64,000 nt of DNA from Eledone cirrhosa (taxonomy: Eukaryota): the NCBI GenBank assembly GCA_964016885.1, contig OZ024740.1, positions 394,630,001 to 394,694,000 of the forward strand, given 5' to 3'. The notes beneath the pieces are model-generated. The model was given only the letters and a program-made list of their open reading frames with translations, was not told the origin of the DNA and did not search any database. The number at the start of each line of letters is the position of its first letter. Positions within the stretch are counted from its first letter, which is position 1. The position numbers and the translations under genes were made by a program. Below are positions 13,601 through 26,029 of the stretch, in pieces.

Positions 13601-14622
13601 TGCAATCCTGGGTCAAGCAAAGACCGAGAAAACTGGGCGCCTGGCACACTGAGTGTGCCCAGGCGCTCACCGCCCTCTGGCAGGCGGATCCGGTTATCAG
13701 TGGAGACTCCACCGCAACATTCTATAGAGGGCTGGTACGCAGCAGGTGCGACGACGCCCTCGGAGAAGCCCTAGACATGGAGGAGGACGAACTGGCCAGC
13801 CTGTTCGGTAGGACATTCAGCCCGGGACCTATGGACAACTTCCAGAAGTCCCTGGCCTGGCAGTGCTACCGAGGGGCTTTACCCGTTCGAGAAAGGCTCT
13901 ACAGACACGGGTGCCCGAGTAGGGACCCCGCCAAAAAGATCTGTCCCAGATGCGTGTGCGACGAGGAAACCGTTGCACACGCATTGGTACACTGCTCGGG
14001 CGTAGCCGATCTGTGGGGCTATGTCGAACAACTGCTGTCAAGGGTGGGACCGATCCGGTTGACCACCGAGTCTATTGTAATGATCAAGCCGCCTCCCCCC
14101 TTCAAAGATGAAGCAGAGGCGGTGTTTCTGTGCGTAATAGCCATGGCGAAAGAGGTTGTATGGTGGACGCGTCTGAAAGGACTGAGGTCAGGCACCTTTC
14201 TCTTTGGCCAACAACTGGTCCGTTTCTTCCGATATCATTTCGGAAGAAGGATCAGGATGGAGAGAGAGGTGCTGCACCCCAGTCGTTTTTATGAAAGGTG
14301 GGTGAAAGTGGCGAGAATGGCCCGTGTGAATGGGCCTTCTCTTTACATAAGCCTGTAGGTGGAAAAGAGGAAGGAACGAGGGAGCACCCCCGCTCTGTGC
14401 TCCTGAGGAAAAGGGTTGCACACTTTTTTCGGGGGTGTGTGCGACCCCCCAAGGCGCCTCCTCTCTATTGAGGATTTTGTTATAAATTTTATTTTTTGTT
14501 ATATCTTATTTTATTTTTATATTTTGTTATTGCCTCCTCCTTATTGAGGACGCCTTTTTGTGTAAACTCCCCCCTTTGTACTTGTCCCACTTTTGATGCC
14601 CTAGTGGCAAATAAAAGAAACA
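10639..14622 (+). mobile_element. L1/Tx1-clade retrotransposon, copy C, 5'-truncated within ORF1
   Basis: Start is homologous to about 6678 of copy B. Full ORF2, 3' UTR hairpins, AATAAA at 14610, then TATCTATCTATCTATG. Confidence 0.93.
10921..14358 (+). pseudogene. ORF2 APE-RT-zinc finger (~1145 codons) with a single premature TGA at 13432-13434
   Basis: ORFs 10897-13434 and 13474-14358 are in the same frame. Copies A and B have AGA (Arg) at the stop position. Confidence 0.92.
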
Positions 14623-16559
14623 TATCTATCTATCTATGTATTCATATCTAATGTCAGTCTGTCTGTCTATCTTTATCTGTTTTACGTCTTTTACCTCTTA
14701 ATATTTTATCTCCGTTCCGCCCCACTCTTTAGTTATAGGCCATTACATCATCATCTCTCTCTCTCTCCCTCCCCTCTCTCCCTCCCCTCTCTCTCTCCCC
14801 ATCTCTTATGTTGTTTCTCCGTTCTTTTCTATTTCAATGTCTAAATATATATTTCTGTATATCAATCTATTTCCATTTCTTTCAGTCTCTCTAGCTACTT
14901 ATTTCCTCCTCACTATATTGTCTTTCGAATGTTTTCTATGCAAAGTGAAGGAAATTACAAACGAAGTTGTGACGTCCATCTCTTTCTAAGAAATAAATGA
15001 AACGGTTCACGAAGCTCAGTTCGCCAGAAATGGATTTCTTTCATCGGTAAAAGCGCCATAGATTTGTACAGAGAAGAGGAAATGAGAAATCTTGACGTTT
15101 CCCAAGAGTTGTTAGCTGCGTAAGTGAGGTGACTTGGCTTCGACTAAGAACCTGACTACGATGTAGCTTCATCGTCATTGCTTTTTTCATTGAGAATCGG
15201 AATTAAATTTTCTCTCATTTATTTAATGATGTGTCGAAACAACTTTATCGTCTGTTTTTTTTTTTTGCTTTTTGTTTTTTTGTTTTTTTGCATACAATTG
15301 ATGAACGAAAAGAAACAAGATGTATATTCTCTATATGTTACTTTTCTTTACTAGAGAGTGGCTGTAAAGGGACGTAATAAAAGAAAAAAAATCATGTTTC
15401 CTTTTCTTTATTATATTTTTACTCATTAAACTTTATAATTTCAATTTTATCGGAGATGACTTTTTCTTCAAACTCAATAGTTTCTTGTGACTTTATTTTA
15501 TTTCACTATATATTGTCATTTTATTTTGTTTTATTTAATTTGGTGATGTGGACTGGGTGGAAAAGACAACGTTTTCAGGTCAGTTCTACTTGTTTGTTGG
15601 GAAAAAAAAAAAGAAAAAAAATTATTAAATGTTAAAACAAAAATAAAATAAAAACAAAAACAAGATCAACGCTTTTATAGAGAAAACACCCTATATTTAA
15701 AATTATGGAAATATTATGGTAATGACCTACAGAGTGTATTAATGGGATTTGACACTGAATGTTGTAAGGACACGAATAGCACTGATACATCAGCGACATC
15801 AGATAGGAATTTTTTGCATTTAATAAATATTATTAGCTAAAGCTCTTCTTGTATGTTTTTGTTATTTTCATTATTGCGGAAGAGGAGGAGGAGGGAGTAA
15901 GATCTACGTCTGTAATTCATATAGGAATTAAATTGAAAAAATACATAAATAAAAAAACTCACACGCCACCACTGTGTAAGATATAGAAAGAAGGGAAGAA
16001 AAGCAGAGAGAGCGTGAAAGAGAGTGTGAGAGAGAGAGAGAAAGAGAGAGTGAGAGAGAGAGGGAGAGAGAAAGAGAGAGTGATAGAGAGTGTGTGAGAG
16101 AGAGAGACAAACAGTCAGAGAAAAACAGAAGGGGTAGAGGAAAATTAATAAAGCTTTTGACCGAAATTAGAAAAAAATGGTTGTTAATTCAATCAACAAT
16201 TAAAGAATATGATAATAAATATTGGAAATATGTCTGTACATGTACACGCGCGGTGTGTGTATGTGTGTATGTGTGTATGTGTGTGTGTATGTGTGTGTGT
16301 GTGTGTCAGTGTATGGTTGTGCATTTGTGAATTTCGCACACACTCATACACATCAGTGTGCGACCACAAATGCTTACATACACGTACGTTAACCTGGCAT
16401 GTGGCATACGATGGCCATTTTGAATTGGACGATTCTTATCCCTCCCTACAGTCAATATCTTGAAGAGAGAAAGCAAGAAGAAGAGAAAGAAAAAACAAAG
16501 AGAGAGAGAGAGATACAGACAGAGAGTCCGACAGACCGACAGACGGAACACAAATAGAG

Positions 16560-16745
16560 AATAATTGTTCTACTTTTGGCACAAGGCCAGCAATGATCTC
16601 AGTGCATTACTGGTACTTTATTTTATCGATCCCGTAAGGATGAAAGGCAAAGTTAACCTCGGCGGGATTTGAACTCAGATTATAAAGGGACGTAACACTA
16701 AGCTGGAAAGCATGGCGTCACACCCTCTACTGATACTGCCAATCC
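16560..16745 (-). mobile_element. tRNA-derived SINE (family 1, Meta-like central domain)
   Basis: A-box-like TGGCAGTATC, B-box GAGTTCAAATC, core GCCTTTCATCCTTACGGGATCGATAAAATAAAGTACCAGT, (ATT)n-like tail. About 10 copies in the window. Confidence 0.85.
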
Positions 16746-16877
16746 GAGAATAATGGAACTCAATTATCGACTAGTACTTTATCGATTATGAAAGAACGAA
16801 AGGTAAAGTTTAATTTGGAGAATTGAACTGAAAGAGTAGAGAGCAGGAAGAAATACACTATATCACTTTTCCACTTC

Positions 16878-16948
<71 letters not shown>

Positions 16949-16952
<4 letters not shown>

Positions 16953-17822
16953 AATGTAAGAACATCAGGTGTTTTACAGAGCACGAATATAAATTACACA
17001 ATTATCAAAGTTATGTTCAAATGATTTTATTGCTGACAATCGTTTTTTCCAAACTTTCGTTTGGAATCATCGGAGCATTATCAATGTTTGTGCATATAAT
17101 TAACCTCCTATTCAACTGAACAATCATATAGATACATATATATTGATGTTGTGAACAATAGTTTCGTATTTACAGGGTGGAATGGATGCGACATATATTA
17201 TACGAGAATTGTACAATAATTCAAATTAAAGTTAAAAGCACAGAGTGGAATACATGCGACAGATAATACAAGAGAATAGTCTAATAATTAAAGAGGCATT
17301 GAGAAAGAATGAGGACACTAGCAGTACACATGCAAGCGTGTAGAAAGTGAACATGTGTTAGTTATATATATGCTTGTATTTTATGTGATACCTTTGCCAT
17401 ACAGTATTTATATATGCCTAATACCTTTGCTTGTTTCCTTCTCATATATATGACTAACGTATGTGCACTCTCTACACACTTGCATATGTACTACTAGTGT
17501 CCTCATTCTTTCTCAATGCCTCTTTAATTATTAGACTATTCTCTTGTATTATCTGTCGCATGTATTCCACTCTGTGCTTTTAACTTTAATTTGAATTATT
17601 GTACAATTCTCGTATAATATATGTTGCATCCATTATACCCTGTAATTACGAAACTGTTGTTCACAACATCAATATATATGTATCTATATTCAGATGAATA
17701 GGAGGTTAATTATATGCACAAACATTGCTAATGCTCCGATGATTCCAAACGAGAGTTTGGAAGAAACGATTGTCAACAATAAATTGATTTGAATATAACT
17801 TTGATAATTCTGTAATTTATAT
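16949..17822 (-). mobile_element. PLE-type fold-back (inverted pLTR pair, ~380-bp arms) next to (TA)n
   Basis: 16988-17372 is the reverse complement of about 17443-17822. A hammerhead-like motif lies in each arm. Confidence 0.8.
17732..17778 (+). ncRNA. Hammerhead-like motif, CCGATGA core variant
   Basis: TGCT-CCGATGA-TTCCAAAC(GAGA)GTTTGGAA-GAAAC-GATT-GTC. The mirror copy near 17032-17078 (-) restores stem I TGCT/AGCA. Confidence 0.6.
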
Positions 17823-17919
17823 ATACAAGAGGGTAGTACAGCATATTCGAAGCTCTGGTTGCGGGCAAGCTAACGAATGGTGTCTTGAAGTGCAGCCAAG
17901 AAGACTCAATAGGGAATTT

Positions 17920-17964
<45 letters not shown>

Positions 17965-18139
17965 TGTGAGAAAAACCACAAACCCTCCATCTCAATTCTA
18001 CTTTTGAAAAGCAGAAGAACTGCGAAACCGGTAACGGAACCAAAGAAATATATATTTAAAAAATATGACTCCAGTTGCATTTTCGATTTCATCATTTTTC
18101 CTTATACTTTCACGCGTGTAGGACACCTCATATATATAT

Positions 18140-18312
18140 ATATATTTGTTTATATAACGACCAGCGTTGTAAAGTCATTTGCAAAACCTCTCTGGGAAAA
18201 GGAACATGCTTCGAGTCTCGTGTTATGTAATGATTTATATGAAAATTACGGAGAGCTTGTATAATCACGGAAGAAAGGGTAGGAGCAATATACGGATGTA
18301 GCTTCATCTCTG
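18140..18312. repeat. ~175-bp dispersed direct repeat (second copy 20799-20971)
   Basis: TATTTGTTTATATAACGACCAGCG...GATGTAGCTTCATCTCTGT is present twice with few mismatches. Confidence 0.85.
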
Positions 18313-18379
18313 TTTATACAATATATGTACTTATATATGTACATGTATATAAATATTTATATATACATATATATATATT

Positions 18380-18432
<53 letters not shown>

Positions 18433-18439
<7 letters not shown>

Positions 18440-19475
18440 TAATTTAATATATCAACTAACATAAGCGCACAGATGCACGCCTATGCCAGCAAATACACAG
18501 GTTATGTCATAGTACCTAGGTGGTTCAATGCAGGAGGATGCAGAACAATAATATAAAAGACGTAAAATAAGAAAATCCTTTAAAAAAAATTTTTTTTTAA
18601 ATTTTTACTTACTTAAATTTTCACTCCAACTAATTAGTTTCTGCAATGGGATAAAGACAGTTACGTAATCTAACTGTCGAGAATTCATTGCGTCATCAGG
18701 GAGTCTATTCTCAGCTAAGTCTCCAGGCAATGCGCGGACACTGGCGGCTCATATAAAAATAATAATAATTCGGTAGATGGAACAGCTAGCGAGGACTGAA
18801 TTCCATGCACTGAAATCCTCACTGCCTCTAGTCAAATGGCCGATTCTAAAGAATCAATCACGTGACACAGAGGCTAGTCAGAAGGAATGGGATGGTAAGA
18901 TGACAGACGCCTACTAACACCCCCCAAAAAAATTTTTTTAGAAGTGGTTTTGGCAGGTTTGCTCGACAAATCAGTGATTTGGAGATAAATATAGATAATT
19001 TAATATATCAACTAACATAAGCGCACAGATGCACGCCTATGCCAGCAAATACACAGGTTATGTCATAGTACCTAGGTGGTTCAATGCAGGAGGATGCAGA
19101 ACACTAATATAAAAGACGTAAAATAAGAAAATCCTTTAAAATAAGAAAATCCTTCTGACTAGCCTCTGTGTCACGTGATTGATTCTTTAGAATCGGCCAT
19201 TTGACTAGAGGCAGTGAGGATTTCAGAGCATGGAATTCAGTCCTCGCTAGCTGTTCCATCTACCGAATTATTATTATTTTTATATGAGCCGCCAATGTCC
19301 GCGCATTGCCTGGAGACTTAGCTGAGAATAGACTCCCTGATGACGCAATGAATTCTCGACAGTTAGATTACGTAACTGTCTTTATCCCATTGCAGAAACT
19401 AATTAGTTGGAGTGAAAATTTAAGTAAGTAAAAATTAAAAAAAAATTTTTTTTAAAGGATTTTCTTATTTTACGT

Positions 19476-19480
<5 letters not shown>
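18433..19480 (-). mobile_element. PLE-type element: direct repeat (18433-18583 / 18990-19140) plus inverted pLTR arms (18553-18886 / 19151-19480), flanked by (TA)n
   Basis: Near-identical direct and inverted copies read directly. Canonical hammerhead in both arms. Confidence 0.85.
19332..19413 (+). ncRNA. Type I hammerhead ribozyme (mirror copy 18623-18704, minus strand)
   Basis: Stem I ACTCC/GGAGT; CTGATGA; stem II GCAATG/CATTGC with nested GACAGTTA/TAACTGTC; GAAAC; palindromic stem III AACTAATTAGTT; GUU triplet. Confidence 0.85.
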
Positions 19481-19566
<86 letters not shown>

Positions 19567-20017
19567 TGTGTGAGTGAGTGTGTGGGTGTGTGTGTGTGTG
19601 TGTGTGTGTGCGTGTGTGTATGCGTGTGTGTGTGGATACAGAGAGAGAGAGGGAGAGATGATGAACAATGGAAACGAAAATGATCGTTTCTGAGGGTAGA
19701 ATGATCACTATAATATCGATATAGAGACTAATCGATAGCGGTTATACAATTCCATATTGTATAGTCTCGATATTCTAGATGTATCCGACTGCCTGAATCT
19801 GTATCACGTTTGAATGTTCAATCAAAGCTAACATAATGGTATACGACCAAAAGAAAAGAACCCTTACCACCTGAACACGTTGGTATTTTTATTTCTGTAC
19901 GGCATGAAGTTGTTACAGCGTCATTGGCCCTACCATAGACATGTAGTACCCAGTATATACACCCGGTCACACACACACACAGACACACACACGCGTATTA
20001 TATATATATATATATAT

Positions 20018-20071
<54 letters not shown>

Positions 20072-20086
20072 ATATATATATATACA

Positions 20087-20174
<88 letters not shown>

Positions 20175-21066
20175 TATATATATGTACATATATATATATA
20201 CACTCACACATATATATATATATATATATATACATATTCACCAAACCCTCTCATATTCTCTGCTACTTCCATTAATTTCTCCTTGAAAATGTTAGAACAG
20301 TAAATCATTTCGGTATATTTCCTATTCTTGACAAGTCTGCGAAATGTTTGCCGAAATTCTCATAAAAAGTCGGTTCCGTTAAGTGAACCCCCTATTTGTC
20401 ATTTGATAATGATCGATGCGATGTGAGTAAGAAATTCGGACCATAAAAATATGTGATTCTGTAAATTTGCATTGAATTCACTCATACATATACAGACATA
20501 TGAACCTATCTGTAGTCATATATGTGTATGTGTATGTGTATGTGTGTATAGGCGGGTGTGTGTGAGTTTACGAAAATCAGGAAAAGTTAAGTGAGGACAG
20601 ATTGGGTATATGTGAGTATATGTGTAAGAGAGAAAGTGAGAAGCTACCTTTGTGTAGGCGTTCATGTGTACGACGGTTTCTGGGTATAGCCAGAATTACA
20701 CCGGACTGAGTATACATATGTTTGTAGATAGACCTCCAACTCTAAGAATTTGCGCATATTCTGTGTATGTATATCTGCACGCATGTTTGTATGCATATAT
20801 ATATTTGTTTATATAACGACCAGCGGTGTAAAGTCATTTGCAAAATCTCTCTGGGAAAAGGAACATGCTTCGAGTCTCGTGTTATGTAATGATTTATATG
20901 AAAATTACGGGGAGCTTGTATAATCACGGAAGAAAGGGTAGGAGCAATATAAGGATGTAGCTTCATCTCTGTACAATATATGTACGTGTATGTATGCATG
21001 AATATGTGTATGTATGTATGTATGTATGTATGTATGTATGTATGTATGTATGTATGTATGTATGTA

Positions 21067-21122
<56 letters not shown>

Positions 21123-22164
21123 TAAATTTAGCGAGAATCGCATTTCGGCGGGTAGAAATTAGCGAAACGCAACTTCCATATTGTGCAGACAAGCGCTCCA
21201 TGGATAAGAAGAAGATACCAGAGCTATAAACATAAGTTAAAATGGTCATACACGCTGAGACGATGATTAAAAAGCCATTAACCACGATAGCCAAAAAAAT
21301 TGAACAAGCTAAACGGGTCAAACAAAATGAGATATGATTGAAATAGTTACATGGACCCTCGGGGAAGATGGAATACTCCGAAATTGGGTTTCTGCAACAC
21401 CTAAATCAATAATACTGTCTGCTTATGAAAAATAAGCTTTTTGTATAATGATCGAACAAGGCATCGCTTTATCAACAGGTTTTTGTTCTTCTTGCGCCAG
21501 AATCTCACAGATTATGAAAGCACATGTGAAATTCTAAGGCGAGAAAACCCCTATTTTGGCCAGTGAATTCAGGATATATATATATAAATATATATATATA
21601 AATATATATATATAAATATATATATATAAATATATATATATAAATATATATATATAAATATATATATTTAAATGCCATTGTTAAATAATAAATAAATCAA
21701 CTAATACCTTAACACTTCACACAAAGTAAAACATTTCGTTTTAATCATTTTCTAACCCAGAAAAAAGAGAGAGAGAAACAAAAAAGGAAACAAAATATTT
21801 TTCTTCCTCTTAATCGTCTCTTTCTCCCTGTTTTCATTTATATATATATATACATATGTGTGTGTGTATAAGTATATAAATATACACATATATATTCGAA
21901 AGTAAGGTTTTTATATCCCACAAGAGTAAATATATAGTAAAAGAAGTTGAAAATGCAATTGGAGTCTTTTACAAGTCGGAAATCACGAAATTCTGAGACC
22001 GGTAACGTTATAAATTATTGTAAATAAACTTTCTTAAAGACTCCATTTCCAACTTTTTTTCCAATACATACATACATACATACAAAGATACACACATACA
22101 TACATACATACATACATACATACATACATACATACATACATACATACATACATACATACATACA

Positions 22165-22190
<26 letters not shown>

Positions 22191-22195
<5 letters not shown>

Positions 22196-22400
22196 TCATT
22201 ATATTAAGGATAAATAGTGAATCTTAATACTCTGGAGTTTCGCCTGCTTATCATAAGGTCCTCATGCGATAATTTGTCTGATGACGCTTTGATAAAATGG
22301 CAAAATAAATTGACTCACTATTTAGCCTTAAAATGAATATTTATACTCTACTTCGGCATTGAGTACTCTTTTTTCTCAGTCGTCAACCACATACTGTTAT
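22191..22400 (+). mobile_element. Short degenerate PLE-type fold-back
   Basis: ATATTCATT..AAGGATAAATAGTGAATC is inverted with GACTCACTATTTAGCCTTAAAATGAATAT. CTGATGA at 22278. Confidence 0.6.
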
Positions 22401-23259
22401 ATATATAATATTGGATATGAATCGAAGTTGTAGCTGCTGTATAGCAGTTATTGATCGAGTTGTTTGAGGCAATCACAAAGCACTCAGTAAGCTAAACATT
22501 ATCGTCCAGTGTAAAACAACAGTTAAAAGGTGTGACACCAAAAGGAAAAAAACGACCGAATATAGTGGGTATGCTTGTACCACAACAGCAATAAATTCAA
22601 AAAGTTGAAGACTAGCCTGGACCATCTCGAGTGATTAGAATCGATAGATATCGATAAAAATCTTTGATAGATTTCTGGGGTCTGCGGAAGCTACACTACA
22701 AGTTGCATATTGCTCATGCAACTCATGTGTGCATTTCTACGATTGGACTGGAGTTCCCGTCTTCGGCAGGTTTTGTTCTTTTGTATCCAGAATTCGGTCT
22801 GTTGACACAAGCATTTTACCTGTAGTAGTAATTCTTCTTGTGTCGTCACGTGACCTTTCTCAAAAGAGGAAGGTCAGGTTGGCCGAACCTTTGGCAGTTA
22901 TTTTCAGGGCATGGGAACAAATGGTTACTTACAGCCTACAAACAAATAGCTATCAACTTGCCTTTGTAAACAAAAGTAACTAACATATTATTGATTGTAT
23001 ACAATAAGCTAGGAGAATCATAATATTGGATATGAATCAAAGTTGTAGCTGCCATAGATCAGGTGCTAATATATATATATATATGTGTGTGTGTATGTGT
23101 GTGTATTATATGTATGTGTGTGTGTATAAATACCTATATCTCTGAATGCGTGATGATGGTTGATCCAGAACAAAGGCAAATTCATTCAGGCGAATCCCTT
23201 ACATTTAATAGATGATGGGAATAAAAAAAAGCAAAAGGTATACCTAAATTCGAGATGTC

Positions 23260-23710
23260 TGTACAAAATATTGAGGAAGATATTATTCCTTTCGCCAACA
23301 CGAATAATTCATATTTGCCACGTTTAAGAAACATCTGCTAAAGCACATAATTAAAAACTTTTTGAAGAAAACCACAATGACACCAACTAATTCCAACCAA
23401 AGAACCGCAGAAAACACCTGATAAGGACAAAATATATTTAAATTTTCTGTTAAAACTTGTAGAGAAAGCAGATGTAGGACATGCCGTAGTAATGTTTGTA
23501 AATATATGAGTACACAAACAACGAAAGATACAAACAAGAGATACGAAATACAGCACTAATTAAAACCGACTAATTGAATATTTAGAAATTTGCGACAACA
23601 TATACAAAATATTCCTTTTGATAAATGCTCAAGAGATAATCCAACAAACCGATTAGAAATGTAAATATATTGTATAACGGAATTTACTTTGAAACTAACT
23701 GCTTAACTTA
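23260..23710 (+). pseudogene. Degenerate Neptune-like PLE linker / GIY-YIG endonuclease fragment
   Basis: Manual translation gives EDIIPFANTNN, VKTCRESRCRTC (Cys-rich linker) and a frameshifted KIF.FDKC..NRLEM-like C-terminus. Many disruptions. Confidence 0.55.
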
Positions 23711-23745
23711 AAGAGATGTGAAAATACAAATATGGAACCTCCTGT

Positions 23746-23828
<83 letters not shown>

Positions 23829-24016
23829 CAATATGTTGAAAAGGTTACACACCAGAGAGAGATATACAGTGCGCTAGCAATAAAACAGGGGAAAAACCAC
23901 CAGTGTATGTAATCTATAACCTATGAAAGGCAGACTATAGACACGATAATTAAAAATATAAATTAAAGCGTAAATAAATACCTCTATAACTATATATAAC
24001 ACACGTACAAATCCAA

Positions 24017-24075
24017 AGAGATGTTTCGCCAGTAATTTGTTGACAGAAATGGAATAACCTCGGTTCATCAGCGTG
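24017..24075 (-). ncRNA. Degenerate hammerhead-like motif
   Basis: Minus strand reads CTGATGA-ACCGAG...ACTGGC-GAAAC. Stems I and III are imperfect. Confidence 0.35.
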
Positions 24076-24307
24076 TGTAAGGCTATACATTTCAGACAAC
24101 ACTAAGAGAATTTTAAAAGTGACTGTCCAGCTACACGTGGGAGAGAGAAGTCACAGCGTGTTTAAGGGCAGTGAACCAGTGGCCTCTGAGGGACGAGCTG
24201 CTAGAAAGGGCAGCCCAAAACCACTCAGAGAAGTGTGCTCAACCAAACAGAGAGATAGGAAAGACTGTTATAAGGAGCGAAATATCACGATAAATTAACG
24301 GAACCAT

Positions 24308-24427
24308 AGGTGTGTTACCTTTTCAACATATTGTATTTTACCTCTGGTGTGTTACCTTTTCAACATATTGTATTTTACATATTGTATGTTACCTCTGGTG
24401 TGTTACCTTTTCAGCCTATTGTATTTT
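24308..24427. repeat. Tandem ~37-bp repeat, 3 copies
   Basis: GGTGTGTTACCTTTTCAACATATTGTATTTTA repeated. Confidence 0.8.
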
Positions 24428-24494
24428 AAAGAGCTCAAGATTTCTTCTCCTTTGAGCACATTATTTACAGTTAATTTATCGTGATATATTATAT

Positions 24495-24750
24495 ATAATG
24501 AAGGAGGTGTGTTAAGGAACCAGATGGACCGTAACGCACCAGAGTACTCAATACTTAGGGTAGAAGAGTGGGTAATAGGAAAATGTTTGACCCCGACGGC
24601 AGAGCTCAAGCCGTTTCGACAGCTATTTCTGGACTCTGTGTCCAGAAATAGCCGTCGAAACGGCTTGAGCTCTGCCGTCGGGGTCAAACATCTTCAGAGA
24701 TAAATATATATATATGTTTATATGTGTGCGAGGAGAGAGAAATAGAGATA

Positions 24751-24808
<58 letters not shown>

Positions 24809-24989
24809 CGAGTAGGACCCCGACGGCTGAGCTCAAGCCGTTTCGACGGCTAATTCTGAATTAGCCGTCGAAACGGCTTGAGCTCAGCCGTCGGGGTCCT
24901 ACTCGTTCCTGTTACCCACTCTACTACCCTAAGTATTGAGTACTTTGGTGCGTTATGGTCCACCTGGTTCCTTACCACATTTCCTTCGT

Positions 24990-24992
<3 letters not shown>
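24495..24992. mobile_element. Two oppositely oriented copies of a short hairpin-ended element (palindromes 24583-24690 and 24806-24908)
   Basis: GACCCCGACGGC(A/T)GAGCTCAAGCCGTTTCGAC arms. Tails 24495-24582 and 24909-24992 are diverged reverse complements. A solo arm lies at 58961-59014. Confidence 0.85.
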
Positions 24993-25054
<62 letters not shown>

Positions 25055-25083
25055 GTTATTCCGGGTTGAATCAGAGGTAACTA

Positions 25084-25171
<88 letters not shown>

Positions 25172-25172
25172 T

Positions 25173-25253
<81 letters not shown>

Positions 25254-26029
25254 TTCAAGAGTAACCAATCTTAAAGAGAGAGATGGAGATAGGAGAGGAG
25301 ATAGGAGAGGAGAAGAGAGATTGGTGAATTAGTTAGAAGCCAAAGCGTAAAGGCGTGTGCTCAATGTGCAATATGCAGTGGAAGGCAGCTAGGTGGCTGG
25401 GTTCATGCAGAGGTTAGGTGCACAGAGCTGGAAATATTCATTAGTTAAGCAAAACAAGACCACAAATTTCACAAGGAAGGCATTATTAAAAGATTGTCAA
25501 CATATTTTAGTTTGATGTAAGGAATGTAGAGAATAATAATAATAATATTAATAATAATGTCCGTTACAATTGTTTCGCTACTCCAAATAATATTTGTGGT
25601 TCAAATGATTATAGATCACTATTGATCTGGTTCAGTTGAAAATAATTAACATAGGAAAAAATAGAGCAGCTCATCGGAACTTCAAAAGGAATATAAATTA
25701 AAATAAGGAAAGAATGTTACATGAATGTAATGTTCCATATATTGGTATTTCACTATGGTCTCCTGACAATATATCTATTGTCTGCCATAATCAAGCAGTA
25801 TTCTTCTGTTGAGGCTGCATTGTGGGAGATCTGCCTATGGGTAACACGATGGCCGCCAATGGACATATTTACCTTACTAATTATATGGTGGTTTCAGGGG
25901 AGGTAACTCCTCAATAGATTAGAAATTGTGGGTAGTTTATAGTTAAGGAGTGCTAATTTTTAATTTTTTAATTGAGAGACAATGTAAAGGAGGTAACTTA
26001 TAATTATCTAAGTTAGCTATAATTATTTC

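Noticed and set aside
1811-14452. Recurrent antisense ORFs in the Tx1 copies (e.g. MIRAPPKPG... in A and C)
   Set aside because: Shadow frames of the conserved GC-rich ORF2. No independent motif.
14880-15130. Possible host exon (TTTCAG ... GCGTAAGT)
   Set aside because: No recognisable protein similarity and no supporting neighbouring exon.
24583-24908. Palindromic repeats with GTCGAAAC resembling CRISPR repeats or bacterial REP elements
   Set aside because: No repeat-spacer periodicity, no cas genes, eukaryotic microsatellite context.
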